The translations under genes were made by a program, and so were the position numbers. The notes beneath the pieces are model-generated. The model was not told where the DNA came from. It was given only the letters and a program-made list of their open reading frames with translations, and did not search any database. A stretch of 64,000 nucleotides of DNA from Octopus sinensis. Its lineage: Eukaryota. Where the stretch lies: NCBI RefSeq assembly GCF_006345805.1, contig NC_042997.1, positions 31,744,001 to 31,808,000 on the forward strand. Reading direction: 5' to 3'. The first letter of the stretch is position 1. The number at the start of each line of letters is the position of its first letter. Shown here in pieces: positions 14,028 to 27,704 of the stretch.

Positions 14028-14538
14028 ATGAGAATGGTTATGGTGATCATATTATTTTCGCATTTAAGCTCCAGGTCAGCATATGCATGATTAAAAATGC
14101 CCCAGACATACCCAACTTGCATTTTCATTTGGAAATAATACCCCATTTTCTAATGTGTTCTTTTCAAAGACTGTATGACGGAATATGAGGAATATTTAAC
14201 TGTTATTTCATACAACAAGAGAAAGTTGTTGGGCTTTGACACTAATATTGTCGTTGTTACTGGTGTTGTTGTTGATGTTGGTGGTGTCGGCGGTTGTGGT
14301 AGTGTGGTAGTGTTTGTGGTGGTGTCGGTTGGATTGTTTAACGGTTTATTGGTGAGTGACGTGACATGCAAGAAGGAAATTTGGTTTTGGAATATTGTTT
14401 CGCAAAGGCAAATAAACACAACATATAAAAGTAACTTGTTATGTCAACCACTTGTGCGGTGAAGATAATAAACTCAGGGAAGGATTGATGGACCTAACAG
14501 CGTACTGAATTCCTATACACTAGCATTCCTGTTCTCCG

Positions 14539-14599
<61 letters not shown>

Positions 14600-15259
14600 A
14601 GTATTATGTATGTACATTTGTCTATACATACTTGTATATGTGCACGCATATATGCGTGCGTGTATAAATATGTATGCATGCTTGTGTATGTATGTAGATA
14701 TATATGTAAGTTATATATACATATATGTGTGTGTGTGTATGTATGTATGTATGTATGTATAAATGTATGCATGTATGTATATGTGAGTCAGGACAACACA
14801 CAAACGCACACATGTACATGCTCAGTCACTCAGTGTAGATAATGTGTTACTGGACATAGGCATGAGCAAACAGATAATGCTATAAACAAGACACGCCACC
14901 TACTGCATACCAAACATACACACATATACATATACAAAGGTACGCACGTACATATACAGGGTGATACATTTAATATCGGATTCCTGTGAAACTGGATATT
15001 ATACTGATAGAAGTTTTAGGAGAGAAGTAGAGTTGTCGATTTTTGTGTAAATTTTATGTCTTCATTAAATTTATGGGAATGCAGGACTAAATCCCCACCC
15101 CACTCGCTTTCTGTTCATGAAGGTATTACATACGAAAACATATATACTTGCCTGCTACGCACAAATATTCTGCAGTACAGTATTAGTACAACATAACACT
15201 GAAACAGATCACTGTTGACGAATCATATTTGTTAATCGAAACAGCTGTCAAGTACGCGT

Positions 15260-15294
<35 letters not shown>

Positions 15295-15880
15295 ACATCA
15301 TTTAGGCTTTAGTAATAGTGAATTTATGCGCAATGTCTCTGTAGAGAGGTAGAGAGGGCACTTAGTTGGTGAGGAAATCCCGTTGTAAGGTTGAAACTGA
15401 TTTGGCTATTTTATATAATGACATCACGCTTACATGTGTTTGTACATTTAGTGATGGCGCAAATTTATAGAATGTAACTTGCAATGTTCTATATTATTCA
15501 CTAATTCACTATATTATTCACTATGTTATTCACTAATGACTGAGTAACTCAATCATTAGAATAAATTTTTACTTCAATGTGTCCTTGAATGTGTCCTGTA
15601 AAGGACCCGCCATTACCATCACCAGCAAAAAAAACAACAAAAAAAACCAGAATATGCATTAATCACGCTAAAATTTTAGCCACCATTAGAGATATAAGAG
15701 TGTACTTTGTCAGACTTAGCTGGTGAAGTAAGGAGTTGCTTTGTAATATCCTTCTTTAAACATCTCAATATATTTACAGTCGCATTGGTCATGGATCAGT
15801 TACTGTCATAATTATTGGTATTTATCTCAATTTCAAAAGGAAGCCTTTACACGAAAATTTGCAAACTAACTCCTTCTAGT

Positions 15881-15980
15881 AGGCGCAGGCGTGGCTGTGT
15901 GTTAAATTTTCATACTAGCCACATGGTTCCAGGTTGAGTCCCACAGCTTGAAACTTCGGGCGAGTGTCTTCTGCTATATT
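15881..15980 (+). mobile_element. SINE family A head fragment
   Basis: aggcgcaggcgtggctgtgtg...ccacatggttccagg...gtgtcttctgctata. Confidence 0.7.
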
Positions 15981-16706
15981 CTCATCTCGACTTACCTTAT
16001 AACCTTATAAGTCCCTCTCTACTCCGATGGAAACTTGATGCTAGATGGAAGCATAGAAAACTAAAAACATCGCGATGGGGATCATAGAAACTGAAGCACT
16101 ACCAAGCGGTTTGACCAGGACTGAAATACAAGTAAGCAACCACGAGAATTTATTTAATCGTTGACTCACGGTTATAAGTTCCTTGGCCATATTCTACAAA
16201 AATGATCGTGATAATAATTGCCACAATGATTAATAATGGTGATAATAACAATACTTCTAATGATGATGATGATGATGATGGTAATTATAACAACAACATT
16301 GGCAGGCACCTCGATATCAACTGCACTCCAGCTTCGTATTTACCCTCTTACAAAGATTGTACTTATGTTCTGTTTTCGATGTCTTCTTACTGTCAGAGTA
16401 CTGTATTTATGATTGAAGTGGCCTATTCTGTATGTGTATTAGTGCCTATGTGTATGTGTAAGTGAGTGTGTCTGTATGTGTGTGTGTGTGTGTGTGTGTA
16501 TGTGCAATTTACTTGTTCCTTCGTGCTTCTGTGAGTGTGAGTGTACGTAAGTGTGTGAATGTGTGTGTGGTATGCGAACGATCGTTAGGGTTAAGGTCAA
16601 CAGAAGAACAACAGAAAAGACCTTAAGGTGTTATATGAGCGCATGATTGCACATAAAACCCGCACATACACTCACAGCACCCACACATATACATCACGAC
16701 TCTCAC

Positions 16707-16742
<36 letters not shown>

Positions 16743-17639
16743 TATGAATATAATATAAATATATATATATATATATGTACACACATGTATACACACACGT
16801 GTGTGTGCATCAACTTAACTCTGCTCTCTGATTACTGTGAGAGGTATAAGCAGGTTTTAAGGGATATACACAAGACAAGAGGTTGGAAAGATGTTTATTT
16901 CTGTGCTTCATACAGCAAAATCTCTCGATATTTGAGAAAGCGAGGGAGGTGGGAAGAAAGAGAGATATAGAGGGAGAGAGAAATAGGGAGGGAGAGAGAG
17001 AGAGAGGGGGGAAGGATACGAGGTGAGACAGACAACGCTAGAGACATAATGAGAGATAGAGACAGAGACAGAGAGAAAAATGGGGTTTGTGATATGGCTC
17101 CGCTTGTAGTTCATTACACGCCACAGTAGGCAGTGATAATAGGTTTTAGTGTGTTGCTGATTGCCCGAAAGAATTGACCAAACTAGGGAGAAGATTGATA
17201 CGACGCAGTCAAGAATTTATCGTGCAAAATGACCTTTGGCTTCAGCCTGAGGCGGACTGAAGAAGTGAGTGTAACCAGGGTTTCTATTTCTCTGAAGCAC
17301 TTTTAAAAGGCAAACGTTTTCCATCTTCATTTTACAGAATGTCAATATAAGTAGCCAAGCGTGGAGCTACAACTGTCATCTCCGGGCCTTCGCCGAATCA
17401 AGACTAACAGAGTTTCGATTAATGAGGAATTAAGACTACTTTCCTCTTTTTTCCTTTTCCTTTCCCTTTCTTACTTTCTTTCTTTATATTCTACGTTCTC
17501 TTATTTTACTTCCCTTCCCCCCCCCACCATTTTCGTTTTCTTTCTTTTCTTCATTTTCTTTCCTTCTTAGCGCGCGAAACCCTTTCCCTTTCCCTGCTGT
17601 ATCCCTTCTAATGCCAACAGCCTGAAACAATGACTGTAA

Positions 17640-17660
17640 CCATAACAATAATACTAATAC

Positions 17661-17706
<46 letters not shown>

Positions 17707-17707
17707 G

Positions 17708-17786
<79 letters not shown>

Positions 17787-17880
17787 TAATAATAATAATA
17801 ATAGTAATAATAATAGTAATAACGATAATAACAACAATAATAATAATAATAATAACAATAATAATAATATAATAATAATA

Positions 17881-17915
<35 letters not shown>
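17640..17915. repeat. (TAA)n microsatellite
   Basis: Direct inspection. Confidence 0.95.
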
Positions 17916-17916
<1 letters not shown>

Positions 17917-18427
17917 GGGTGAAGTATAAAAACAACTGCTGCTATTAATACTATTACTACTATTGCTACTGATTGTTCAGTAGGAAATAAAATATAAAAA
18001 AAACAATAAGAGAAGCAATAAGGACAACAGTAAACCAATGACAACGATAAAAACAATCATTATAGGTAGAAGGCGTGTAAGTCCGGCAATCAAGATGAAC
18101 GCCAGTTGTTTGTTGAAGGTGTAATGTTTAAAGACCAGAGAATGAAAAATAAAGATATAAAGCAGGAAAAAAAAAGAAGGGGAAAAAAGAAGTAAAAAAA
18201 GAAAAGAAGGAAGGAAGGATGTGAAGAATAAAAACAGAAATAATACAAAGTAGATAACTAAAAGGATTGGAGTTGCTGATTTGAGTGGAATTTAAGAACA
18301 AGGACTAAGATGTAAGGAGTAGTGCAGACATAATACTTGTGAGCAAACCGCACTACCTATATATGAGCATAACGAATCCCATTTATAAATAGTACATGAA
18401 TACCCATCCATCCACCCATAGATATAT

Positions 18428-18460
<33 letters not shown>

Positions 18461-18465
<5 letters not shown>

Positions 18466-18643
18466 AAACATATGCATATATACATACATATATGTACGTA
18501 TCTACTTCTACATGTATATATACATGCCTATATGGGTACAGGACACCAAAAAACGTCGAACACAATGAGAAACGAAAACATAAGCACAAAACCAAGGAAA
18601 TGGACATTTTTCTTAAACAACGAAAAAATAGAGTACAGGACAT
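18461..18643 (+). repeat. Dispersed repeat family E, copy 1 (possibly a Penelope pLTR remnant)
   Basis: Highly similar to the reverse complement of 43621-43800 (gggtacaggacaccaaaaaacg...gaaatggacat). Confidence 0.7.
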
Positions 18644-18778
18644 ACAAAACAAGGAAATATATGTATATATGCATACGTTTTATTTTATTTATTAATTTAT
18701 TATATGACGGAACGCACGCATCCATTTCTAAGTAAGATTGTTCTTTATATATACACATATATATATATATATATATAT

Positions 18779-19110
18779 TATATAATTAGGGCTTGGTAAA
18801 ATAAATTACTTTGCCACATACTGAACTTAGTAGAAATAGCAGCCAAAAAAAATTTTTTAGCCATTTCTACTACTTAAAGAAAATTTCTCTCAGATAATGT
18901 TTACTCCAGACAGCTCTCGAAGGTTTGGAGGTAAATACAGGTAAATACTGTATTTACCTCCAAACCTTCGTGAGCTGTCTGGAGTAAACATTATCTGAGA
19001 CAAATTTTCTTTAAGTAGTAGAAATGGGTAAAAAAATTTTTTTTGGCTGCTATTTCTACTAAGTTCAGTATGTGGCAAAGTAATTTATTTTACTAAGCCC
19101 TAATTATATA
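18779..19110. repeat. 332-bp near-perfect palindrome (fold-back element)
   Basis: Arms 18779-18940 and 18948-19110 are reverse complements with 4 substitutions and a homopolymer indel. The 7-nt spacer gtaaata duplicates the arm end. Confidence 0.92.
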
Positions 19111-19198
19111 ATGTAATATTTTGAATTCGCCTTAAATGGTCCTTTTACATACTGAACACTGGTGGTGAAATTGATTAATTAATTTTACCCTCAATTGT

Positions 19199-19270
<72 letters not shown>

Positions 19271-19526
19271 TTATATAGGTACGTTAGTGCAAACAGGAAA
19301 AATAGAACTCAAAATATGAGTATATGTATATTTTTCGTAATATTTAGCAGAGATAACCGAGTGACTCAAGGTCCGACAGTTTCATACAATAGCAGTTATC
19401 AAAAGTGCCAACGCGCGAATCTCTCGGACCTTGTGTCACTGTGTTACTTCTGTTAAACATTAATAAATATATATATATAAATAAATAAATAAATAAATAT
19501 ATATATATACCCACACACACTATATA

Positions 19527-19752
19527 TATTTCTTTACTACCCACAAGGGGCTAAACACAGAGGGGACAAACAAAAACAGACACACGGATTAATTCGATTA
19601 CATCGACCCCAGTGCGTAACTGGTACTTAATTTATCGACCCCGAAAGGATGAAAGGCAAAGTCGACCTCGGCGCAATTTGAACACAGAACGTAACGGCAG
19701 ACGATATACGGCTACGCATTTTGCCCGGTGTGCTAACGTCTCTGCCAGCTCT
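19527..19752 (-). mobile_element. Family B1 SINE
   Basis: Collinear with 13803-14027. Confidence 0.88.
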
Positions 19753-20312
19753 ATAACAGTTATAAGTGCAAGCTAGCGAAGGAGATTATGGCACTATTGA
19801 CTTTGGTCATTCATTAATTGATGATATGAAACAGTGTAGTCGCCAAACGCTTTACTTAAAAGTACAGGTACATTTTTCTTTACTAGTTTCAACTCGAGCT
19901 GTGGTCATACTGGGGCACCAGTGTTAGTTTTGTTATAATTTCAGTAAACCGACTCTGATAAGTGGCACCTGGTAAATGGGGAAGTTTTTTGTTGCTGCTC
20001 TCGTCTGGGTTCTTTTTAAAAAAATTTTTGGCGCGTGGTATATTCATGCGGAATTCTCGACAGGAGATCCAGTTTTGTTTTGATGACACCTACACCCACA
20101 ACATGTAGTTATCTTAGACTTTGTGGACATTGAGAAGATGTGGGCTCCTTGAAACACAAGCTGTTGCAGTTTCTGGTCCTGTATCCTGATGACAAATTTG
20201 GGATTTTGGGAACTATTTTTGGCATACTGAGTTCTAATAACTGGTTATTAGTATTGCTATACCTGGGGTGGGTGGGGTGTATAAAAAGCAAATATATATA
20301 TATATTTCTTTT

Positions 20313-20720
20313 TTTTCTTTTACTTGTTTCAGTCAATCGACTGCGGCCATGCTGGAACACTGCCTTGAAGGGTTTTAGTCGAACAAATCGACCCAGGACA
20401 AATTATTTATCCTAGTATTCTCTCGCTTTCTTTTGCCGAACTGCTATGATACGGGGATGTAAACACAACAACACCGGTTGTCAAGCGGAGATGGGGTGGG
20501 CACACACACAGAGACATACACGTAGATATAAACATATACATATATTTATATATATACGACGGGTTTCCTTTGGTTTCAGCCTACCAAATCCACTCGTAAG
20601 GCTTTGGTCAGCCCGAGGCTATAGAGGAAGACATTTGCCCATGGTGCTTCGAGGTGGGTCTAAACTCGGAACCATGTGGTTAAGAAGCAAGCTTCTTACC
20701 ACACAGCCTCATTTGCGCCT
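20313..20720 (-). mobile_element. SINE family A, full length
   Basis: Collinear with other family A copies. Confidence 0.85.
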
Positions 20721-20745
20721 ATATATATCTATATACATATGTGTG

Positions 20746-20992
20746 TGTGAGTGGATTTGGCAGACGGAAACTTGTAGAAACTCGTCGTATGCATGTGTGT
20801 GTGTGTGTTTGACCACTGATGTTAATCTCTTTACATGCCCGTAACATAGCGATTCGGCATAGAGCTCGATAGAACAAGTAAAAGGCTTTTAAAAGATAAG
20901 TATTGGGGTCAATTCATTCGACAGAAAATTCTTCCAGGTGGTGCTCCAGCACGGCCGCAGTGTAACGGCTGAAACAAGTAACAGATAAAAGA
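20746..20992 (+). mobile_element. SINE family A, 5'-truncated and diverged
   Basis: gtgagtggatttggcagacggaaac...ctgaaacaagta. Confidence 0.7.
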
Positions 20993-23149
20993 ACACAACA
21001 TATACGAGCAGGGAAGGGATAAAATACCATATATATGTATATACGGAATAACTAGGTATGCATGTAAGGAACAAGATGTAGCAAGGATTTACATAGGCGT
21101 ATTAAAATGAAGTGAAATTAGGTGATCTTATTCTTGTAGTTAGATTAAGAGTCGATCTATGTGCAAGTTGTCAACGTATCAGCGTTATAGTAATCAGTTC
21201 TAGGAAAAAAATCTTTGCACGTTCTAATGTAACATTGTTGATATGTGTCAACACTGATCTATGTCATTACGCTTTACATGTCACTGAAAAACTTAGAGGC
21301 GCAAGATTATGTTGTGTACGTAGGCGTACGTAGTAGTGTGTGTCATTGTGTGTATGTTTGTAGTGTTTGTTATGTATATGTGTGTTTGTATGTCAGTATG
21401 TACATATATGTATATATATGTTTATATATGTATATATCTGCACACATATATGCATATATGTACATATATACATACACATAAGCATACACATACATATATA
21501 TATACATATATACATATATATATACATTGTTTTATATATACATATATATATATGTGTGTGTTTATACATACATATTTACATACTTACACACATATATCGA
21601 CATATATTAGAGTGTGTGCATGTATATATATATATATATATGTATATTTATATGTATATATATATGTATATATATGTAATATATATATATATGTATATAT
21701 ATGTATATATATATATGTATATATATATATGTATATATATATTATATATCTTTTCCTCGTTGCTTTATGCTGTAGCACATTCCTATAGCTCATTATTGCC
21801 GAATAGCTCGTTTTCCTTTGTACCTAACGATATGATGGTAGTGTCATCCATGTATTCGACACAATTCTCTTGGGTCCATGTTTGAACGAGATACTCTTCA
21901 GCTGCCCAAACATCCTCAACAGTGATTCATGAATAAAGACGTTTAAAAGCAATAAAAAGGGGCGTTCTTGATAGAACGACTGCACACCTACAACATTTTC
22001 CGACGGCTGACTTCTTACCAGCACTAGTGAGGAGATGCCGCCATGCGATAGTGATCCCAGTTTTGAACGCGTATCTACACCTGCATCATTGATTGCAGAC
22101 GCAGAGTACGACTGCAAACCACGCGTCACATTGAACCGAACGTAATACCATCCCACCAAGCCAGAGGAGCGCTTAATCACATGATGTGGAATTGGTAGAG
22201 ACTGACAATCGGGTAACAATACGAAGAGGGAATATCAAACGTTTTATAGCGACATATTGGTTAAATTATATCGTCCCATTTGAATTGAAATGACGCAAAA
22301 CTATTTCCTCTTAGTTAATTTGTAGCTATTGTGGTGGATAGATTTGGGTAGGACGGACAGTTATGTACAGGATCGATGTTACTATCTTCAACAGAGACTG
22401 TCTTCCATGCACTGGTGTATAGTAAACTGTTTAGCTGAAAATCGGCAATATTTGACTTCAAATATCGACTTTGAACCCTTTGTCTACGCCTTTCCTTATA
22501 AATACTCCCTCTAGTAGGTGGTTCATAAAAGAATCCAGGCTCTTTCGGTATTTTGCAATTGTGAGAAACGTCCTCCAATGGAGACACGAACATGTCTGAC
22601 ATGCTACCATTAAACTACGAGCGGACATTATCTGTCTGGTAATTCAGTTGCTACAAGCTGAACACAATATCCGTTATTAATTTATTTATATCTATGCAGT
22701 CATTTCATCTCTATCATCATAATTTAAATCAAGCGTCGAGGTAATCAGTAGAAACTATCGTCTCCAGTCCGCCGTTCTTAACGAACTCTTAGAAAAACGC
22801 AGCTAAAAATTCTCATTACCCGTGACTTAATACCATATGATTTCTGTTACCAATTAAAGACCTTATCGTCGCATGGGTTTTCAAAACACGCCTCTGTCAC
22901 ACGAACCCATGAAACTGTTTCTAGTGCATAATCAATGGTAATAGACAGTAGTCTGGTGGTTCTGTGTGTTCCAGAGTCTAGAGGCAATTTGTCTATGAAG
23001 TGGGTGTTTGTATAAGAGCACCAGACATTGGGTTGATCTGGTAGGCTACAACTCTGCTAAAGTAGCCCTGACTAATATCAAATATACACATTTTTTTCTT
23101 CGAAATTTGCTCAACGCGTATTCAACGTGACTTCTATGTGAAAGCCAAT

Positions 23150-23369
23150 AGTAATGTTGCTGCTGCTGCTGCTGCTGCCGATGATGATGATGATGATGAT
23201 GACGACGATGATGACGATGATGATGTCGATGACTAGGATGTGGAGGACGACGACACCGACGAAGAAGAAGACTAAGACGATGATGACGATGATGATTAGG
23301 ATTGGAGGAGGAGGATGACAATGATGAGAATGATAACGATGATGATGAAGAAGAAAATGACGGCTATAG

Positions 23370-23407
<38 letters not shown>

Positions 23408-23547
23408 ATGATGATGATGATGATGATGATGATGACGTCGACGTTATGAGGATGATGATGTCGTTGGTGACGATGATGATTAAGATGTGGATGAGGAGGA
23501 TGACAATGATGAGAGTGATAACGATGATGATGAAGGAAATGACAGTT

Positions 23548-23584
<37 letters not shown>

Positions 23585-23640
23585 CGATGACGATGATGAT
23601 GATGATGATGATGATGGCAGTGACGACGATCATGATGACA
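23150..23640. repeat. Compound (GAT/GAC/GAG)n microsatellite with a diverged internal duplication
   Basis: gaggaggatgacaatgatgaga.tgataacgatgatgatgaag occurs at ~23308 and ~23493. Confidence 0.9.
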
Positions 23641-24331
23641 TGAAGGTGGGTATAGATTGGAAGAATGAAAACAACACATACATACACACACAAAAAAAAT
23701 AAGTAAAGGAAGAGGAGTGATGAAATCAACACTGAGTATATAAATAAATAAATAGCTAGAAAAAGACCATGTGATATGAGGGAAGGTTTTCTTGTGAAAG
23801 TGATTGTTGCATGAAAAAATAAAATGCAATGACAGGTTCACAGATAACTGGTGGGGGGGGGAAAGTGAAAGTAGGTAAAAAAGCCTACCAAAACTATTAT
23901 TGATGTAGTAAAAATATGATGCATTGTGTTCAATATGGATAAGCACATGATTTTGGCTGGTGCCGGTGGTGGCGATTGTGGTGATTGCAGTGGTGGTTTT
24001 AGTGCTGATGGAGAACGGAGGTGGGGAGATGATGTGAGATTTTATGCCAATATATCAATATGTCAATATGTAAAAAAAAAAAGGGGAGATAGGCGTATGG
24101 ATGTTGCATTTGGGCTTACTTAAGTGTGAATGTGTGCATGTATGTATATGTGAAAGTATGTTTATGTGTGTGTGTGTGTGTGCTTGTTTTTGAGCGTGTG
24201 TATGTGTGTGTGTAGTATCTATGAAGGCATCTGATCAGTTCGAATATACGAGTGTGCTGGATGAAAGGGCAGAAGAAATGCAAACGTACGTATGTTTACA
24301 TTCATATTCACACATATACGTGCATATGTCA

Positions 24332-24362
<31 letters not shown>

Positions 24363-24701
24363 CAGAGAGAGAGAGTAAGAGAATTTAGAGAGTGAATGAG
24401 TGAGTGATTGTATAAATGACTGTGGGAGTGAGTGAGAAATAGGGAGTAGGAAATAAAAACCTGTTTCAAGTCGAAAAGTGAAGAATCGAATGAAAAAAAC
24501 TTTGTGGGCAACACTGAAGCATGAAAGTATATACGCATCTACCTCCTCAAATGAATGCATAGGGCATGTAATATATGAATGTGTGAGTGTATGTGTACGT
24601 GTGTCTGTGTCTGTGTCTGTGTATAAGCCTATATATGAGTGTGTATGTGTCTGAGGTTATGCATATGTATATATATACATATATATATATAAATATATAT
24701 G

Positions 24702-24756
<55 letters not shown>

Positions 24757-25696
24757 ATATATAAATATACATACATATATATATATATTATATATATATT
24801 ATATAGAGAGAGAGAGGAGAGAGAGGGGGGAGGTTAGATAAATAGACACCTTGTTAGATTGCTAGATAGATAAGTAGATAGATAGATAGACAGACAGGTA
24901 GGTAGGATTGAATGTGGAGCTAAAATTCTAGTTGAAGGAACTGCGCAAGAAAGGAAAAAGAAAAATAGTGTTTCCCTAAACAAATAATAGTTATAAAAAA
25001 ATACAATGTATAATGAAAACATTGTGTCTACTATATTTAGTTTATTTATACAGGAATCCATATGTAGTGTAGATAAATAAACTGATATATATATATGTGT
25101 GTGTGTGATATAAAAAGGGCTGAAAATGCGTTAAAAATACGTTGTATATATATATTTGAATAAAACAATTTTTTTTTTAACATAGAAGGTAACTATTTCT
25201 ATATGTCTATATCGTACGAAAATAAAGATACAAAATTATGCTTTCTCATAAAAATAAAATGTTCTCATATAAAAGTTTTACTCTAAAAATATTAATGTAT
25301 GTTTTCACAAAGTGAGTTTGACACATACAGAAAAACAAAACAAAGAAGAGAATCACATTTTACTGAAAAGTTTTCGTATTAAAAACGTTTTACTGAATAC
25401 ATTTTTGTGCATGTTTTAACCACGCGGATGAAAGAAAATCACATTTTACTGACTGGTTTCCATTGTCATCAGCCCTGAAAGTTTAGATTATGTTATTCAG
25501 GTCAAATTTTAACACAAGTGGTTGAAGAAACACGGGTGACTAACCTCATGTTAAGGAATCTCTGTACAATTGTGAAACCGATCACATGGAACAACAGTTT
25601 TTGTCTCCGGAGACGAACACCAAGGTTCCATGTGATAAGCTAGATAATTGTTAAGGGACTTCTGAACATGAAACCAATGGTAGCCTAAATCCACCA

Positions 25697-25736
<40 letters not shown>

Positions 25737-25744
25737 TTCTTTCT

Positions 25745-25831
25745 TTCTTTCTTTTACTTGTTTCAGTCATTTTGACTGCGGCCATGCTGGAGCACCGCCT
25801 TTTAGTCGAGCAACTCGACCCCGGGACTCAT
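25745..25831 (-). mobile_element. SINE family A 3' fragment
   Basis: ttttacttgtttcagtcattttgactgcggccatgctggagcaccgcc...cccgggact. Confidence 0.8.
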
Positions 25832-25850
25832 TATATATATATATATATAC

Positions 25851-26602
25851 GCGAGAAAGAAGCAACAAGAATGGATAGGTTTTTAGTACAATCGTTTCAT
25901 ACAAGGACAGGCTTTATTAAAAGTTGTAAAAATTACAGCATATAAACGTGTCCCGTACTCATCAGCTAAAATACATGTGAGTTCTCTAGACATCCTAGTG
26001 GTTGAGGCTATACTCATGAAGTAATGTAGATAATTAAGTAACATAAACAGATTTCCAAAGTTCATTAAAGTTCTTTAAAGATGATGTACAGTCTTATCAC
26101 AGAATTTTAAAAAAGTTCTAATAGCATCACAGAGAAGGTGACCTAATCCATAGAGCACATATGAATTTCCAGAGATATGATGAGGGATTAAATACTCACA
26201 GAAGACAAATCCATTGTTAATCACAACGAGGTGGGTCTCAATTCCTGCTTATTAGCATTACAGAGAGGGTGAATTAATCCTTTGTATAGATGCACAATTT
26301 CCAATGGTGTAGATGTAAGTTTCCAGAGAAATGAAGAGGAATTTCATATTCACAGGCGATAAATTTATCAATGGTTGAACACAATGAGGTAGGTATCAAT
26401 TCTTGTTATATGATTAGGTATTTGCCACATTAATCACATTACTGCTATTTACAAGAGGCTGTAGCTATTTAACTTTTAAAGGCTGAAGGGCTTTCAAGAG
26501 AGGCCAAGAATATGCTGTAATTTTTACAACTTTTAATAAAGCCTGTCCTTGTATGAAACGATTGTACTAAAAACCTATCCATTCTTGTTGCTTCTTTCTC
26601 GC
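25851..26602 (-). mobile_element. 752-bp element with 93-bp perfect inverted repeats; probably an inverted Penelope-like pseudo-LTR structure
   Basis: 25851-25943 is the exact reverse complement of 26510-26602. The element contains a hammerhead motif, an AATAAA on the minus strand and diverged ~130-150 bp internal direct repeats (26122-26410). It abuts a (TA)n tract. The Penelope assignment is an inference from hammerhead type and the inverted geometry. Confidence 0.6.
25881..25971 (-). ncRNA. Type I hammerhead ribozyme motif in a Penelope-like pLTR fragment
   Basis: Minus strand reads UUUUAG-CUGAUGA-GUACGGGACA...UGUCCUUGUAU-GAAA-C GAUU G-U-A-CUAAAA. Stem I is 6 bp, the core is canonical, stem II is ~10 bp with one bulge and G.U pairs, stem III is minimal and the triplet is GUA. 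Predicted cut is between 25887 and 25886. Confidence 0.8.
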
Positions 26603-26722
26603 TTATAATCACCCCACATTACTGTATTGTTAAAACAGTATAGTTTTTTTTTGGTGCATCTAAGTTAGGTACCATATTCAAGTAAATTCATTTAAATTAA
26701 CTTGAATCTTTATTGCTTTTTG

Positions 26723-26787
<65 letters not shown>

Positions 26788-27097
26788 TGAGAGAAAGAAA
26801 GAGAGAGAGGTGGAGGGAGGGAGAGAGATAGACACACACAAACACACAGACACATACATACACTACCGGTCGCAGAAAATTAGAGTATTTGTTTTGTTTA
26901 AACACCAATTTGCTGTAGGGAAACTCCCTATACAACGCTGGGTGTCAAAGAAGACCAAGTGTCCTACACCAGGTGAGACAACTCACCCCGAATAATTGGG
27001 AATAGTAGATACCGGATATTTCACCATTATTGGGGCTTATTGATAAATTGATAACGCATTTGGATCACTTTGAAACGAAATGAATCGCTAGTCTGGG

Positions 27098-27152
<55 letters not shown>

Positions 27153-27206
27153 CATACATAGATATACATACATATATATACATACATACATATATATATA
27201 TGTATA

Positions 27207-27247
<41 letters not shown>

Positions 27248-27270
27248 CAGTATATATATATATATATGTT

Positions 27271-27602
27271 AAGACCCCTCGGTCATGAATGACCATGGGA
27301 TTGCACCTAGAAAGTTACCCTCCTAGACACAAGTCCGGGCAAGGTTGTTTATAGAAGGCCAGCAGTCGCCCATGCATACCAGCCTCCCCTCTCCACGCCA
27401 CCAGTGTTATCCAAGGGAAAGACAAAGGTCGATACAGCTTGGCACCAGTGACGTCGCAACTCATTTCTACAGCTGAGTGAACTGGAGCAACGTGAAATAA
27501 AGTGCCTTGCTCGAGAACACAACACGCAGCCCGGTCCGGGATTCGAGCTCACAACCTCACGATCGTAAGCTCGACGCTCTAACCACTGAGCCATGCGCCT
27601 TC
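27271..27602 (-). mobile_element. SINE family C (tRNA-derived head ggcgcatggctcagtggttagagcg; CORE-like gagcaaggcactt block)
   Basis: A box tggctcagtgg, B box-like gctcgaatcc, then a central block resembling CORE-SINE domains (from memory). Confidence 0.8.
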
Positions 27603-27605
27603 ACA

Positions 27606-27662
<57 letters not shown>

Positions 27663-27666
27663 TATA

Positions 27667-27704
<38 letters not shown>

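Noticed and set aside
14945-15140. tacagggtg Tc1-like terminus
   Set aside because: No matching inverted terminus found.
17315-17435. Splice-acceptor-like ttttccatcttcattttacag followed by a 31-codon frame
   Set aside because: The peptide is unrecognisable and there is no partner exon; insufficient support.
20170-20235. ctgatgacaaa...ttttgggaac, hammerhead-like
   Set aside because: GAAA is absent and stem I does not pair.
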